Part shown: positions 14,660 through 28,095 of the stretch, piece by piece | Position numbering within the stretch: position 1 is the first letter of the stretch | Layout of the letters: every line of letters starts with the position of its first letter | Assembly: GCF_006345805.1 (NCBI RefSeq) | Contig: NC_043001.1 | Span: 71,672,001-71,736,000, forward strand | DNA: 64,000 bases | Direction: 5' to 3' | DNA from: Octopus sinensis | Taxonomy: Eukaryota | Position numbers and translations under genes: made by a program | Notes under the pieces: model-generated | Database searches by the model: none | Told to the model about the DNA's origin: nothing | What the model saw: the letters and a program-made list of their open reading frames with translations, nothing else

Positions 14660-14701
<42 letters not shown>

Positions 14702-15329
14702 AAGAAAAAGAAAATGGAGATTGGGAAGCTAATAATTGTTTATTATTAATAACAAATCAATCATCTTCCCTTACAGCTGTTTCAGTTAATACGCTGTGAA
14801 TTAATTAAATATTAAATCCATATAACCTGAGTATATCTTCAGATGGAAAAAAATATATCAATGGATGTTTTATAAATGTGTTTATGAATTCATTATTGCA
14901 GACAGAATGATACTGTTTATAAATTGTATTTTTATATGTTCGGTCGAGTAGTTTCCAGGTTGAGTAGAGATGAGATAGAGTAGGTGAATAGAATTAGTGT
15001 AATAAATGAATAAATTATATAGAGATGATAGTGGAAATTTAAATATAAATAAGGTAAGAATGTAATATAAGTTTTTAAGGTATAAATAAAGTTAAGAAAA
15101 TGTGCATATATGCAAGTACGCACGCATAAATATATATACATACATATATGTATCCGTACGTCCATATATATATATATACACACAGACCCTCACATGTACT
15201 TACACATATACATACACCAAAACGCACACACATATCTGCACATATGCGTATATACGCATATATGTATATATATGTATATGAGCGAACACAATACATATGC
15301 ACATTCGCACATATATCTATGTTCCAAGC

Positions 15330-16590
15330 CTGGAACAACGATATACCGACGCTGTAAAGACTTCGCAAGGACCACAAAATAACTACCAATACAGTGGCGG
15401 GACCACCAACGAGACCTGCGGAGCGAATATCGCTAGCAACTACAGGATCTCCTACTTCATATCAATGATCATACGCCCCATAATCCAGATGTCACCAGAT
15501 GTTTGTGACAGCACGGAAGTTCTCAGCAGAATCAACGACTGTAACAACAACACCTGCGACCTGATAGGTTGTATAGTGTGTAGCATGGATGTGGTGTTTC
15601 TATACCCATCCATCAACGTGAATTTTGCGGTGGAGAAGTACGTGGAGATGATCACTGAGAGCGAAGTGGAGTTTCACAATGTTAACACAGAGAAAATGGA
15701 CCTCCTACTTAGACCGACATATGACAATGAATATTTAGACAAATATTACCTTAGAAGTTTCTTCCCCAGTAGACGTTTAAGAGGTGGACCCTACAATATC
15801 ATCTATGGCTAGGAAGACCCCTATAGGGAGATTGAACGGATGGACCAGAACCATACGAACCCCCGAAAACCAATATCAAGTAAAGAAAATGATCGCACAT
15901 GCTCTAGAAGCTAGTATAGGAGTTACCCTAAAAGGCTACACGTTTAAGTTTAACAACAAAATATACACCCAGGATCAAGCGGCAGCCATCGGGGTTAGCA
16001 TCGCCGTTGATGTGGCCTACTTTTTCATGGTATAGTGGGACAGGATGCTTAAAGAACGCCTGACACAGAACTCCATACTCATGAACATGTACTCCCGATA
16101 TGTCAATGATATTAACATAGGAGTAACGGCACCCCCACAAGATAGTACCCTTGAAATAGAAATAGAAACTAATACTATGGAGAACATCGATAAATAGCTA
16201 ACTCCATCCACCAGACTACCCTACGAAACACCCTAACCATAGACTACCAGTACTACGTACAGAACTCTGGCTGGAAACTGTGAATAATAAAACCCGAATC
16301 CTCCATTCACACTATGCCAAACCTATGGCCTCCAAATACCTAATCCACCGGAACTCAGCTATCGCGGACAATGCCACCTTCAATATATTGATGGCAGACC
16401 TCATCAGAGTAATGAGAAATGTGTCCCGCATGTGCGACCCTACAGAGTTAAAGAGACACATACAACAATCGTTCGCTGCATGCAGTTCTCGGGATACAGC
16501 CGTAGAGAAAGGATCAGAGTATATAAAGGAGCCATGCGGAAATTTGAAACTGTCATGCGTAACGATAGGAATGGGATTTGTTCGACTAAA
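15330..16590 (+). mobile_element. Degenerate Penelope-like RT (possibly Naiad-type)
   Basis: ORFs 15297-15812, 15784-16035 and 16280-16642 contain CSMDVVFLYPSI, YTFKFNNKIYTQ..AAIG, MYSRYVNDI (YVDD) and HYAKPMASKYLIHRNSA. Confidence 0.75.
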
Positions 16591-16899
16591 GGTGGTGATC
16601 CAGCATGGCCGCACTCAAATGACTGAAAAAGAAGTAGAATAAAAGGATATATATAACATGCATATGATATATATATATATATGTGCCCCAGCATGGCCAC
16701 AGCTCATGAGCTGAAACTAGAATCAATCAATCAATCATATATACATACATACCATACACACACACACAGATGACAACTAAATAGACACTCTTATAATCAT
16801 TAAAATGTATTTAAATCTGAAATTATACACTCAAATTATTTATTAATTGTTATAATGTGAATATTTAATATTTAGTAGACAAGCCCTTTGCATTTTTCA

Positions 16900-17750
16900 A
16901 TGCAAGGCCCCTATTAGGCACGCTACTGATCAGATGACATATTCTTTTGAGACATTTCTTGCCAAGTTTCATGCAGTAATCTCAAAAGATCTAACTTTGA
17001 AGATGCTTTCTTGCTCTTTTTATGAAGTGTCCCATCCATTATGCCCCAGAGGTGTTCAATAGGATTCATATCTGATGAATGGCTTGACCATGGAAGCTTT
17101 TTAATGCCATTCTCTTCCAACCAATCTTGGGTCCTTTTAGCCGTGTGACAAGGAACCCTATCTTCCATAAATAATCTTCTTTAATCATTTCACCCGTGGA
17201 GAAAATTGGAAGGAATCCTTTCTGCAATATAGAGATATATTTATCTTAGTATATGTTTCCTTCACATTCCACCAGCTCTGACTGACCATTGCTCCAAATT
17301 GTTCCCTCAGATTATCACAGAATAGCTGCTGTGTCTCATTATTGGTTGCAATCTTTTCACATAAAATTCTTGATCACAGAGTCTCCAGACCCACACTCGA
17401 TCACTGTCAGAAAATAGAGCAAATCTGGATTCATTGGAGAATATGACTGTCTCAAAATGCTAGTGGCCACTCTACCATCTCTCTGACCCAGTATTTTCTC
17501 CGTTTGATGTTGGCTGGTTGAAGAAGTGGCTTCCTTCTCGCTGTTCTGCCATAGTAACCAAGTTAGTGGAGATACCTGACTGCTGTTCTGCAACTGACAT
17601 CAACTTGTTCTGCTATGCCAAAGGCCTTGCAACGAGGTTTACCCTCTACACTTCTTTTAACAAAGAAAAGCGTCTTGTCAGAACTAAAATCTCATATTTC
17701 CCTAACACGAAATTTAAAAACAAGATGTCACGGTTGGTCGGGGAAATGCA
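16900..17750 (-). mobile_element. Tc1-like transposase remnant
   Basis: EDRVPCHTAKRTQDWLEENGIKKLPWSSHSSDMNPIEHLW matches the Tc1 motif QDNAPCH..WP..SPDLNPIEHLW. Upstream frameshifted FSDES-like and HTH regions are present. Confidence 0.8.
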
Positions 17751-18159
17751 ATGCATTACCTGATTGCAACCAAAATAAGCCATTGGTTAGAAACGTATTT
17801 AAAGATGTTAGGAATAGGTATAGGAAACGAAATAGTGGTAGTGAGGAGATAAGTAAAACCAAGAACGCTATCATTTATAGATTTATCTACTTCGAGCTAG
17901 AACGTTAAAAACAATTTCATATCTCTAGAAGTCTCAAATCCCTGAGCCCGAAGATTACTTGGAGACACAAGGCACGCTATATAAATCTGCCTAATCAAAG
18001 TATCTCTATGGCAAAAGAAAACTGTTAATACCTCTTATTTTAAAAACTGTGTGTACATTAAATATATATATATATATATACATACAACATATATGCATAT
18101 CACAAACACTTATATACATACATACACACGTATATACAACCATATTTACATATAATACT

Positions 18160-18372
18160 TGTTTCAAATTTTAGCACAGGGCCAGCAAGTTCGGAAGAGG
18201 GGTGGTCGTTTTAATCGATCCCAGTGTTCAATTTGTACTTACTTTATCAACCCCAAAAGGATGAAAGGCAAAGTCGACTTCGGAGGAATTTGAACTCAGA
18301 ACGTAAGGACGGATTAATTGCCACTAATCATTTTGCCCAGTGTGATAACTAATCTGCCGGCTCGCCGCCTTA
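18160..18372 (-). mobile_element. Octopus-type SINE (ggcggcgagc.. family)
   Basis: Matches the reverse complement of the copy at 26068 (ttctgagttcaaattcc.ccgaagtcgactttgcctttcatcc). Confidence 0.8.
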
Positions 18373-18404
18373 TACGTACATATAATATTATACAGATATA
18401 AGAT

Positions 18405-18597
18405 ACAATCGGTAGCACGCCGGACAAAATGATTAGGTCGTTCTTATGTTCTGAGCTCAAATTCCGTCGAGATCGGCTACGCATGTCATCCTTTCGAGCT
18501 TAATAAAATAAGTAGAAGTAGAATACAGGGATGGATGTAATCGACCTATCCACGCCGCCGAAATTGCCAGCCTTGTGCCAAAGTTTGAAACAAATAT
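18405..18597 (+). mobile_element. Octopus-type SINE, inverted relative to 18160-18372
   Basis: ttctgagctcaaattccgtcgagatcg...gccagccttgtgccaaagtttgaaac. Confidence 0.75.
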
Positions 18598-20344
18598 TTC
18601 ACACACATATACATCCTCATTCGGTTCGCTCGCTTACAGAGTTGCACAAGTTTACATGCAAACGCATACATACACAACTGCATACACATAAACACGTACA
18701 CACATGTAAATATACACACATTGTCATGCATGCAAGTTGCATTAAACTACACACAAACACACAGATATTCCATATGACCAATTGGCAAAAATAGACACGC
18801 AGCAGCACGCTCAAGAGAAAACAACCAAAGTTATATCCACATGAAATGTAAAAAAAAAAATTAACTAAAATCAAAATAAAAAGTATACAAAATGCTGAAA
18901 AACATGTTTTATTAACTTTTCGTTAATTTCCCAAAAGAACCGCTCGTCTATTATAAGGTTTCAAAACTGTTTTACTATAATTCCAGGTTGCTGACACAAT
19001 TTCATTTCATCTGCGAATGTTTTTTCGGTTTTGGTGGTCTTCTTTTTTCTCCGTTTTGTCTTTTTGTTTTGATTCTCTCTTTTTTATATTTGTTTTATCC
19101 CTTTATTTTGTTTGTTTCTTTTCTTATTTTCATTTAACTTTAAGAAAGTTTTAAAACAAAATAATTTTTTAACGTTTTAATGGGAATGGGTTTATTTTTT
19201 TATAATTCCTTTTTTTATAATTCCTTTTTTATTAACAATGAACTAACATGGTGGGGGCGTCTACTGTAGTGTACTACTTGAACTTTGAAGTTGCAAATGT
19301 TTTGTTAATTCTAGATTTAATCTTTGTGTTTTTTTGTTTTGTTTTGTGTTTTTGTCTTTGGTGGGGTTTAGGGGTTTTTTGGCCTCTCATTCCTTTCAAC
19401 ATCCAATCTAATTTACTATCCCCATATAATGACGGCCGATATAAATAGCTTATTGGTTGGTTGGTTGGTTTCTTTGATTTCAACAGTTACGCTTCACATC
19501 GTATAAATTTAGGGCGTGAGATGATGAAAGAGAGATACGGAGAGACTGAATGGAACAGATACAGGATGAGTACACATACTAGGTTTGGTGGCACGCAATG
19601 CGTAAAAGAACGTCCCTCGCGCGCACACCCACTGTCTCACACACATATACACACTAAGGGAGAAAGAATCATAGAGAGGGGAGGGGAAGGAGGATGAGGG
19701 TTGGGAGGCGGGGAAGAGGGGGAGGAGAAGAAGATGGGTGAAGAGGAAAAGGGGAGGAGAGGAGGAATAAATGATGGAATAGTTATGGAAGGAGTTACAC
19801 AAATGAAAACTAAGAAGTTGTTCTCCATAGACAAAATACAACAGTGATTAGCTTATTCACGTTCGAATCAGCCGAAACGAATTTAGAATTTATATGTACG
19901 TCATTGTTTTGCTTTATTTAATTTCATTTTAAAATAATAATTTTGTTGCTGTTTGTTTTATTCTGTTTTTGGTTTTTGTACTTTAGGGTTTTGAAAATTA
20001 GAATTCATTTCATTATTTTGTATAAGCAGCAAGACAACTGATAAAAGTTATTATATTATGTATGATACATTTTCTGATAAAACTCTTGGTGGCAAAATAT
20101 GCTTACAAAGTTACCTGTCATATGTAGTCCCTTGTCGATAATATATATTGATCTAGTTATTTTACTATAAGTTATTATTCAAATCACTTACCAAAAAACT
20201 ACAACACTGAAAATATTATAAATGATGGTAAATAACACGGTTTTTTAAAATCTCATTGGAGTTGGTTTTGAATGTTCGTCGTTCGATATGTCTTTAGAAA
20301 TTTTATGGAAATATCTGCCTATTGTATAAGTCAATAAATATTGA

Positions 20345-20548
20345 TTTCAATTTTTGACACAAGGCCAGCAAGTTCAGGGGATGGGGTAAGTCGATTACAA
20401 CTGGTACTTATTCCATCTATTCAGAAAGAATAAAAGGTAAAGTTGACCTCGGAAACATTTGAACTCAGAACGTACACGCTGACGAAATGCTGCTAAGCAT
20501 TTTTCCCGGCACGCTAACGATTCTGACAGCTCCCCGCCTTCTAAGTCA
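20345..20548 (-). mobile_element. Octopus-type SINE
   Basis: Same family motifs on the reverse strand. Confidence 0.75.
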
Positions 20549-20574
20549 ATAAGTATTAGATTCTATTAAGTTGA

Positions 20575-20980
20575 TACCAGACTCGTTAAAACGCTGAAAA
20601 AATGCTTTGCAGTATTTGTTCCGGCTCCTTCCATTCTGGTTTCAAATCCTACCTAAATCAACTTAGCCTTTCACCCTTTCGGAGTCAACCAAATACTGAG
20701 GTCAATGTTGTGGATTAATGCTCTCCTTTCAAGATTGTTGGGCTTGTGCCTAAATCAGAAACCATTTAGCATGGCCCCTTAACAGAATCATCAGATCCTC
20801 GGAAAAATACTTTGCGGTATTTTTCCGGCGCTCTTTACATTCTGAATTAAAATCCTGCGAAGATTAACTCTACCTTTTATCCTTTCATCGTCGATAAAAT
20901 AAAGTACCAGCCAAATATTAGAGTCACTGGAATAAACTACCCCTTTCCCTAAAATCCCTAGCTTTGTGCCAAAATTTACA
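20575..20980 (+). mobile_element. Two degenerate octopus-type SINE copies
   Basis: Two successive aaatgctttgc(a/g)gtattt...cttgtgcc(t/a)aaat units. Confidence 0.6.
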
Positions 20981-20996
20981 ATTACTGTTGTTGCTG

Positions 20997-21044
<48 letters not shown>

Positions 21045-21084
21045 TATTATTATTATTATTATTATCTTTATTATTATCTCTATT

Positions 21085-21428
<344 letters not shown>

Positions 21429-21564
21429 GGGGTCGGTAAAATATGTATTAGTTGAACACTGGGATCGATGTAATCGACTCGTCCCATCCCCCAAAATTGC
21501 TGCCATTGTGGGCAAAATTTGAAATATTATTATTGTCGTTGTTGTTGTGAGTATTTATAAGCTA

Positions 21565-21718
21565 CTAGCAGAGATACCCGGTGTTGCTCAGGTTTAAAAT
21601 GGTATAGTTTTCTATTCTTTTACTTGTTTCAGTCATTTGGCTGTTGCCCTGCTGGAGCACCACCTTTAGTCGAACAGAAAGAACGAAAAAAACAAACAAA
21701 CAAAGAGGGAGAAAGAAA

Positions 21719-21775
<57 letters not shown>

Positions 21776-22118
21776 GGGATAAAGAAACAAGGAGAAAGAA
21801 GGAAGGAAAGAAGACAGACTAAAAGAGGGGAATTATTGCAAAGGGTGAGAGAGAAAATATGTAAGCAAAAGAAATAGGGAATGAGAAAAGGGAGAGAATC
21901 GGTTGGAAACTGCAGTTTTTAGAGAAAACCACATGTGAAACACCGTTTTTTCCGATTTCTCGCTTCATGCGGAAGCTCTGGGCCAAAATTTATAATGCAT
22001 GATCATCCTCGGCACATTAGTAATGTGTGTATAAAGTTTGGTGAAAATCTGTTGAAAACTGTTGAAATGCATACAGACACAGACACATGTAGCCTTCTTT
22101 TATATATATATATATAGA
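21565..22118 (-). mobile_element. Non-autonomous Helitron (TC...CTAG) with internal SINE fragment and (GAAA)n
   Basis: The minus strand starts TCTATATA and ends cctgagcaacaccgggtatctctgCTAG, a subterminal GC hairpin remnant followed by CTAG. It contains an internal aagtttggtgaaaatctg motif. Confidence 0.65.
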
Positions 22119-22121
22119 TAG

Positions 22122-22259
<138 letters not shown>

Positions 22260-22329
22260 TACATGCTAATCTAATTAGCAGTATAATAATCTTGAGGTTT
22301 GGTGACAGCATGTTTCCTCAAATCTCAAG

Positions 22330-22620
22330 AACATTTCTGCTGGTCAGCAATATTAGTCTTAATTCCAATATCCCTCACTCTCTTGGGTATCGATTTGAGT
22401 GTTGTACTAAGTTCACCAGTCACCAAAGGAAACGTTGCTGTTTTAGACATCCATAGTCTCTTCGGTTCTCTGGCTAGTTCCAGATATTTCTAACGAAAAT
22501 TCCTTTGATATAAGCTCTGTTATTATAAGAAATTTCAAATTCTCTGCTCTTACACTGTATGTTTTGATCTCTATGCTCAATCTTAATAGGGAAAGAACTA
22601 TATAATCTTGTAACACTTAT
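22330..22620 (-). mobile_element. R4/Dong-like restriction-like endonuclease 3' fragment
   Basis: The minus frame reads KYLELAREPKRLWMSKTATFPLVTGELSTTLK, similar to the C-terminus of the element at 451-2132. Confidence 0.55.
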
Positions 22621-22759
22621 TCTCTATCACAGCCTCTAGTCCGAGATTATACAACTTTCCTGTTATCAATAATATTAATACGCTAACTTTTTGTTTCTGC
22701 ACGTACCTGTTGTGTGCGTTACACTTACTTCAAAGGAGTGGCAAAGCGAGAGAAAGAGA

Positions 22760-23110
22760 AGGACAGAGAGGAAGTAAGAGAGAAAGAAAGAAAGTAAGGT
22801 AGAGAGAAAGTGAGAGAGTGAGAGAGAAAGACAGAGAGTGAAAGAAACTGTGAGTGGTGACGGCGTTTGCTTTGTGTTCATAAATGTTTCAGAGAGGACG
22901 TAAGAGAGAGAGAGAATGAGAGAGAAAGAGAGATAGTGAAAGAGACAGTGCGTGGTGACGGCGATCGTTTTGTGATTTTAAATGTTTCAGAGAGGAGGTA
23001 AGAGAGAATGAAAGAGAATGAAAGAAAGAGAAAAAGTAAGAGAGAAAGAGAGAGAGAGTAAAAGAGACAGTGAGTGGTGATGGCGTTTGTTTTGTTTTTA
23101 AATGTTTATC
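22760..23110. repeat. Degenerate tandem repeat, about 120-bp unit x3, GA-rich
   Basis: (c/t)gtgagtggtga(c/t)ggcg(t/a)tt..ttt...aaatgtttcagagagg recurs near 22850, 22950 and 23070. Confidence 0.75.
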
Positions 23111-23456
23111 ACATTGCAAGAGAAGAGGATACATAGATACATATACACATTGTTAAATCAAAAGCGGGAAAGAAGAGGGACACAAAGGAAGTAAAAAAGT
23201 AAGAGAGAAAATGAAAGAGACAGTAGATGCATAAATCCAAGGAAATATTCATATATAGATACATAGGCGCAGCAAATACTGGCTATCAATTTCACTTTTC
23301 ATTACCACACGAGGATAAAATTAACTCACAAATGGCTGAGTTCTCCACAGACATGTATAACGTTAACGTAGTTCTCACGGAGATTCAGCCTCACACAGAA
23401 ATCTGGCAAGATGGCTTCTTTGAGTTACAGCTACAACTCGAGACATATATATATAT

Positions 23457-23511
<55 letters not shown>

Positions 23512-23517
23512 AATGTA

Positions 23518-23555
<38 letters not shown>

Positions 23556-23669
23556 GTTTGGGTTAGTTAAAACATGTTTGCAATAATTGCAATAATAAGT
23601 GTCACCTGGTGGAAATAAACGCAATTATCAAACTTTCATTCAGAAATCCATTTAATATTTCATTCTTTT

Positions 23670-24360
23670 GCATTTCAATTTGTACATTTGTACCCAGAAA
23701 GTTTCAACAACTGCACGCCAGAAGAAATGAAAAAACGAGTAATTTTATCTCGAAAAAATTCCGACTGTCTTGCAATAAATGAAAAATTTCTTAATATTAT
23801 ACCAGAGGCACTTAAAACGTACTTAAGCACAGATTCAGTGTCCTACAATAATGAAGTGGAGGTTCAGGACTATCCATTTGAATTCATAAACTCACTCACT
23901 CCATCCGGTACTCCTCCTCATCGCCTCAAGGGGCTAATGTAATGCTGTTAAGAAATCTTTCAATCAGTCAAGGCTTTTGTAATGGAACTCGCATGATAGT
24001 CCAAAGACTTCATGAACATTGTGTAGAGGCATCATTGATAACAGGTTCCAACAGAGGTCATACAGTTCTAATTCCCAGAATTAAACTAGCTCAAGTCATG
24101 CAAATATTCCATTCACACTAAATAGACTTCAGTTCCCACTTCGACTTGCACATTCAATGAGAATTAATAAGGCTCAAAGGCAAGCATTTGAAACACTTGG
24201 AATACATTTGCCGCAACAGGTATTTTCTCATGGCCAATTATATGTCGCATTTTCAAGATCATGAGCTATGAACAATCTCATAGTAAGTGTTATGTCACTC
24301 TATCGGGATAACAGACAAGACCAAAAACGTGGTGTGGCATACACACAAAATATTGTCTAA
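23670..24360 (+). mobile_element. Helitron PIF1-family helicase C-terminal pseudogene fragment
   Basis: YPFEFINSLTPSGTPPHRL, MLLRNLSISQGFCNGTRMIV, VLIPRIKL, QFPLRLAHSMRINKAQ and VFSHGQLYVAFSR (frameshifted). Confidence 0.9.
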
Positions 24361-24548
24361 CATGAAGTACTGTGAGGAAGACCACTGCACCAGGTAGCAT
24401 CGCCACCACACCATCCGCTCCATCATTACACACCTACATTACACCTTTAAGATCGGGGAACCAGTTATGGGCTCGCTGGATCTCTCTCGGCTTACCAGCG
24501 AACCACAAAATCGCCCCAGCCAGCAACACCACTACCTCCATGCCCGTC

Positions 24549-24595
<47 letters not shown>

Positions 24596-24939
24596 TGTAT
24601 GTATGTATGTACGTATGTACGTATGTATGTATGTATGTATGTATGGATGGATGGATGGATGAATGGATGGATGCGCGCGCGCGTGTGTGTGTGTGTGTAT
24701 GTGTTTGTGTCTGTGTTTTTCCCACTACCATTGTTTGACAACCGATTTTGGTGCGTTTGCGTCCCTGTAATTTAGCTGTTCAGCAGAAGCAACTGATAGA
24801 ATAAGCAACCAAACTTACAGGGAATAAGTCCAGGAGTCAATTTCTTCGACTAAAGGGTGGTGCTCCAGCATAGCCACTGTCAAATGATTGAAACATGTAA
24901 AAGAATAAAAGAATACCAGAAAAAGGCACCAGAAGAAGG

Positions 24940-25190
24940 TTTTTTGAATATATTTATCTGTGTATTTTATTATTATGTTTTTAGTTTTGTTTATATTGTT
25001 ATCAGTTTATGGGGATCTTATTCTGTCATATGCTGTGGTGTAATGAGGGGTGTGCTAGTGTTCCATTCCAGTTTCCTTTTCAGGCTAGGTTTATCTTCTA
25101 TTATGTGCGTAGCTTCCGTAATTTGTCCAATTGTTGCGTCTGTTAAATGTGTGGACAAGATTTTAACTTCTATATTGTTGAGTGAGCCCC
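24940..25190 (-). mobile_element. PLE GIY-YIG endonuclease C-terminal fragment
   Basis: EVKILSTHLTD..GQITEATHIIEDKPSLKRKLEW resembles the PLE endonuclease end (EA..I...KPSLNR). Confidence 0.55.
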
Positions 25191-25193
25191 TGT

Positions 25194-25340
25194 GTTCACC
25201 TGACACAGAACTCCATACTCGTGAACATGTACTCTCGCTATGTTGATGATATCAACAATCAACATAGTGGTTAAGCACAACAGATTAAACTGTTGGAAAA
25301 AATTCCTAACCGCCAGAAGTAACTTTAGATGCCAAGAACT
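25194..25340 (+). mobile_element. PLE RT fragment (same family as 15330-16590)
   Basis: cctgacacagaactccatactcgtgaacatgtactctcgctatgttgatgatatcaac (MYSRYVDDI) matches 16058-16115. Confidence 0.75.
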
Positions 25341-25670
25341 TTCCAGTTCTATATTTAAGAGATGAGGAATTATGTACATTATTTACATTCGATGAATATC
25401 TGTCCTCATCCTGCCGCCTTCATTAGGTGTCTTGGAGAAATTTCGAACCTGGTATTATTCGATGTTATTATTATTATTATAATTCAACTCAAGCCTGGAA
25501 TCGAACTCGGAATCTTGGGGTTAGTAGTTCGCGCTCTTATGCAGTGAATTTTAGGGCTTATAAATCTAATATTTTCCCATCCTTCCTTAATACTGGTCCC
25601 CATATGCTATTCATGTCTGCACTCGGTCTGCTTAAGTCGTCCTAACATACGTGCTGCTTTATCAAATTCT
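25340..25670 (-). mobile_element. PLE 3' end with deleted tRNA-like head and deleted hammerhead
   Basis: Colinear with 56760-57110 (agatgaggaattatgtacattatttac..., ggaatcgaactcggaatctt, gtgaattttagggcttataaatctaatatttt). Confidence 0.8.
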
Positions 25671-26067
25671 ACTGTGGTCAACTTTGCCTTTCATCCACTC
25701 TGAAAGCAGCGTTCTTAGGTCGATGTAATCGATTTGACCCCTCCCCATCAAAATGCTGGCCTTGTGCTAAAATTTAAAAGTATTAGTTGTAGTAGCAGAT
25801 ATCATTTGCACCTTGTTTTTGTTTTTATTGGGGTGGGTTTCGAACGTTTGGAAATATTCCGTATTGTCTTCAAAGTAAAATTTAAATGTTTATGTATAAG
25901 TAAGTCTATTAATATTTGATAACGACATAAATTACACTGAGGTCGTCATTGCCTTTCAACATTTCAGAGTTGATAAAATAAGTACCAATCGAACATTGGT
26001 GTAAATGTAATTGAATTATTTCCTCCCACGATCTAAGATTTGAAGCCAATATTAAGATAATAATATA

Positions 26068-26620
26068 GAGCGGCGAGCTGGCAAAAACGTTAGCACGCCG
26101 GGCGAAATGCTTAGCGGTATTTCGTCTGCCGTTACGTTCTGAGTTCAAATTCCGCTGAGGTCGACTTTGCCTTACATTCTTTCGGGGTCGATTAAATAAG
26201 TACCAGTTACGCATTGGGGTCGATATAATCGATTTAATCCGTTTGTCTGTCCTTGTTTGTCCTCTCTGTGTTTAGCCCCTTGTGGGTAGTAAAGAAATAG
26301 GTATTTCGTCTGCCGCTACGTTCCGAGTTCAATTTCCGCCGAGGTCGACTTTGCCTTTCATCCTTTCGGGGTCAATGTAATCGACTTAATCCATTTGTCT
26401 GTCCTTGTTTGTCCCCTCTGTGTTTAGCCTCCTGTGGGTAGTAAAGAAATAGGTATTTCGGGTCTCTGAGTTCAAATTCCGCTGAGAGGTGATTTTGCCT
26501 TTCATCCTTTCGAGGTCTATGAAATAAATGCCAGTTGACCACTGATGGATCGATATAATCGACTTAGCCCTCGCAAAAAACTGCTGGCCATGAGCTAAAA
26601 TTTGAAACCAATATTACATA
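26068..26620 (+). mobile_element. Octopus-type SINE with internal tandem reiteration (3 units)
   Basis: Full head gcggcgagctggcaaaaacgttagcacgccgggcgaaatgcttagc. gtatttcg restarts at 26117, 26301 and 26453. Confidence 0.85.
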
Positions 26621-27461
26621 ATGACTAAATATACAAAGAAAAATTGCTTTTCCATTATTCACCTTTGCTGAATGCAGCATTGACCAGAAGGAATTAATGT
26701 TCTCAGACAATTGTCTCAAAATAAATCTGAAATATCTGTCAATAAAAAAAATTCTATTAATATTGGATTCTTACTAAGTCGATGTATATTACTTTTTCAT
26801 TATTTTTTTCTTCTTTTTTCATCTTTCTTCACTTCGTTGCAACATTTAACTTTAAGGATGTCAATGTTCTATATATAGTAATCATTTTAAGCTCTGGCCA
26901 GTTGTCCTTTCATTTGTAAGTCTACTATTTTTATGAACTTTGGACCTGTGGGTCTCTGGTATTGTCTCTTCCTGAACTTTGGACTCATGGGTCACTTGTA
27001 AATTTCAGATTCAATTCTAGTTTGTTTTTCTTCTCTGTCTATTGTGTGCAAGTGTGTGTGTCTGTGTGTCTGTGTGTGCTTGTATGTACGGATTTGCTTA
27101 ATATATTATCATTATTTTTAGATAGAATAGTTATTAATAGTATTGCTTCTCTGATGGGAGCAGGTCTTTAACTTTTTGAGACGTCGTTTGCTATGTATTT
27201 ATAAATTCTTTGAAGGGTTACTTTAAATATCTACTCATTGTATAAATCTATATATCCTGGGCTATATTTTTCTCTCTCTCTCTTTCACTCACCCTCTATC
27301 TTTCTTTTTATCTATCTAGCTATCTGTCTGTCTTTCTATCTCGCTCAATATCACTACACACATACATAATTTGACGGTCTGACATTTGAGTAACCCATTC
27401 ACACATTTACACACACATGCACACACACTCGCACACATACACATTCGCGCGCGCCCGCATG

Positions 27462-27504
<43 letters not shown>

Positions 27505-27779
27505 CCACAAACATACTTATGCGTTACCAGAAATTGATATTGCATGAGTGTTCTTCAAAGAGATTCTACTCCTGATAAAAATAAAACTTGTTTAAGGGTT
27601 TCTAGTTTATGCACACACACACACACACACACACATACAGAATAAGCAAGAGGAGACACATGGGACAGAAAGTCGCTGAAGAAGTAACAATGTGTAACGA
27701 AAAAACTTTGAGAGTGAAGATCAAATAAATAGTGCTTGTATTTAATTGGCAAAACGTATGACCTTCCCCAAGTATTACA

Positions 27780-27861
<82 letters not shown>

Positions 27862-27884
27862 ATATATATATATAACGAATTATT

Positions 27885-28095
27885 AGTGATCAGCAGTGAT
27901 TATGTACGAGCAGAATTAGGCAAGTTGAAATATGTTTGTCACATATTTCAACTGCTAAATGGCAAATACACGGCAGCACTGTGGATAAAAATCTCTCTTA
28001 TGGTAAAACGATGTAAAAACACCAGGTCCTTTCAGTGTCGCCATCTATTCGGAATCTCAGACATCGTTGTTTCAAGCTTCTTTGCTATTTTCGAT
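27885..28095 (+). repeat. Dispersed repeat copy 1 (unclassified, DNA-element-like)
   Basis: agcagtg.ttatgta.gagca.aattagg.aagttgaaatatgtttgtcac...ccatctatt.ggaatctcagacat is shared with 30775-31010. Confidence 0.7.

Noticed and set aside
17070-17100. CTGATGA-ATGG-cttga-CCAT-GGAA hammerhead-like string
   Set aside because: It lacks GAAA and stems I and III, and it is the antisense of the Tc1 transposase coding motif PWSSHSSD.
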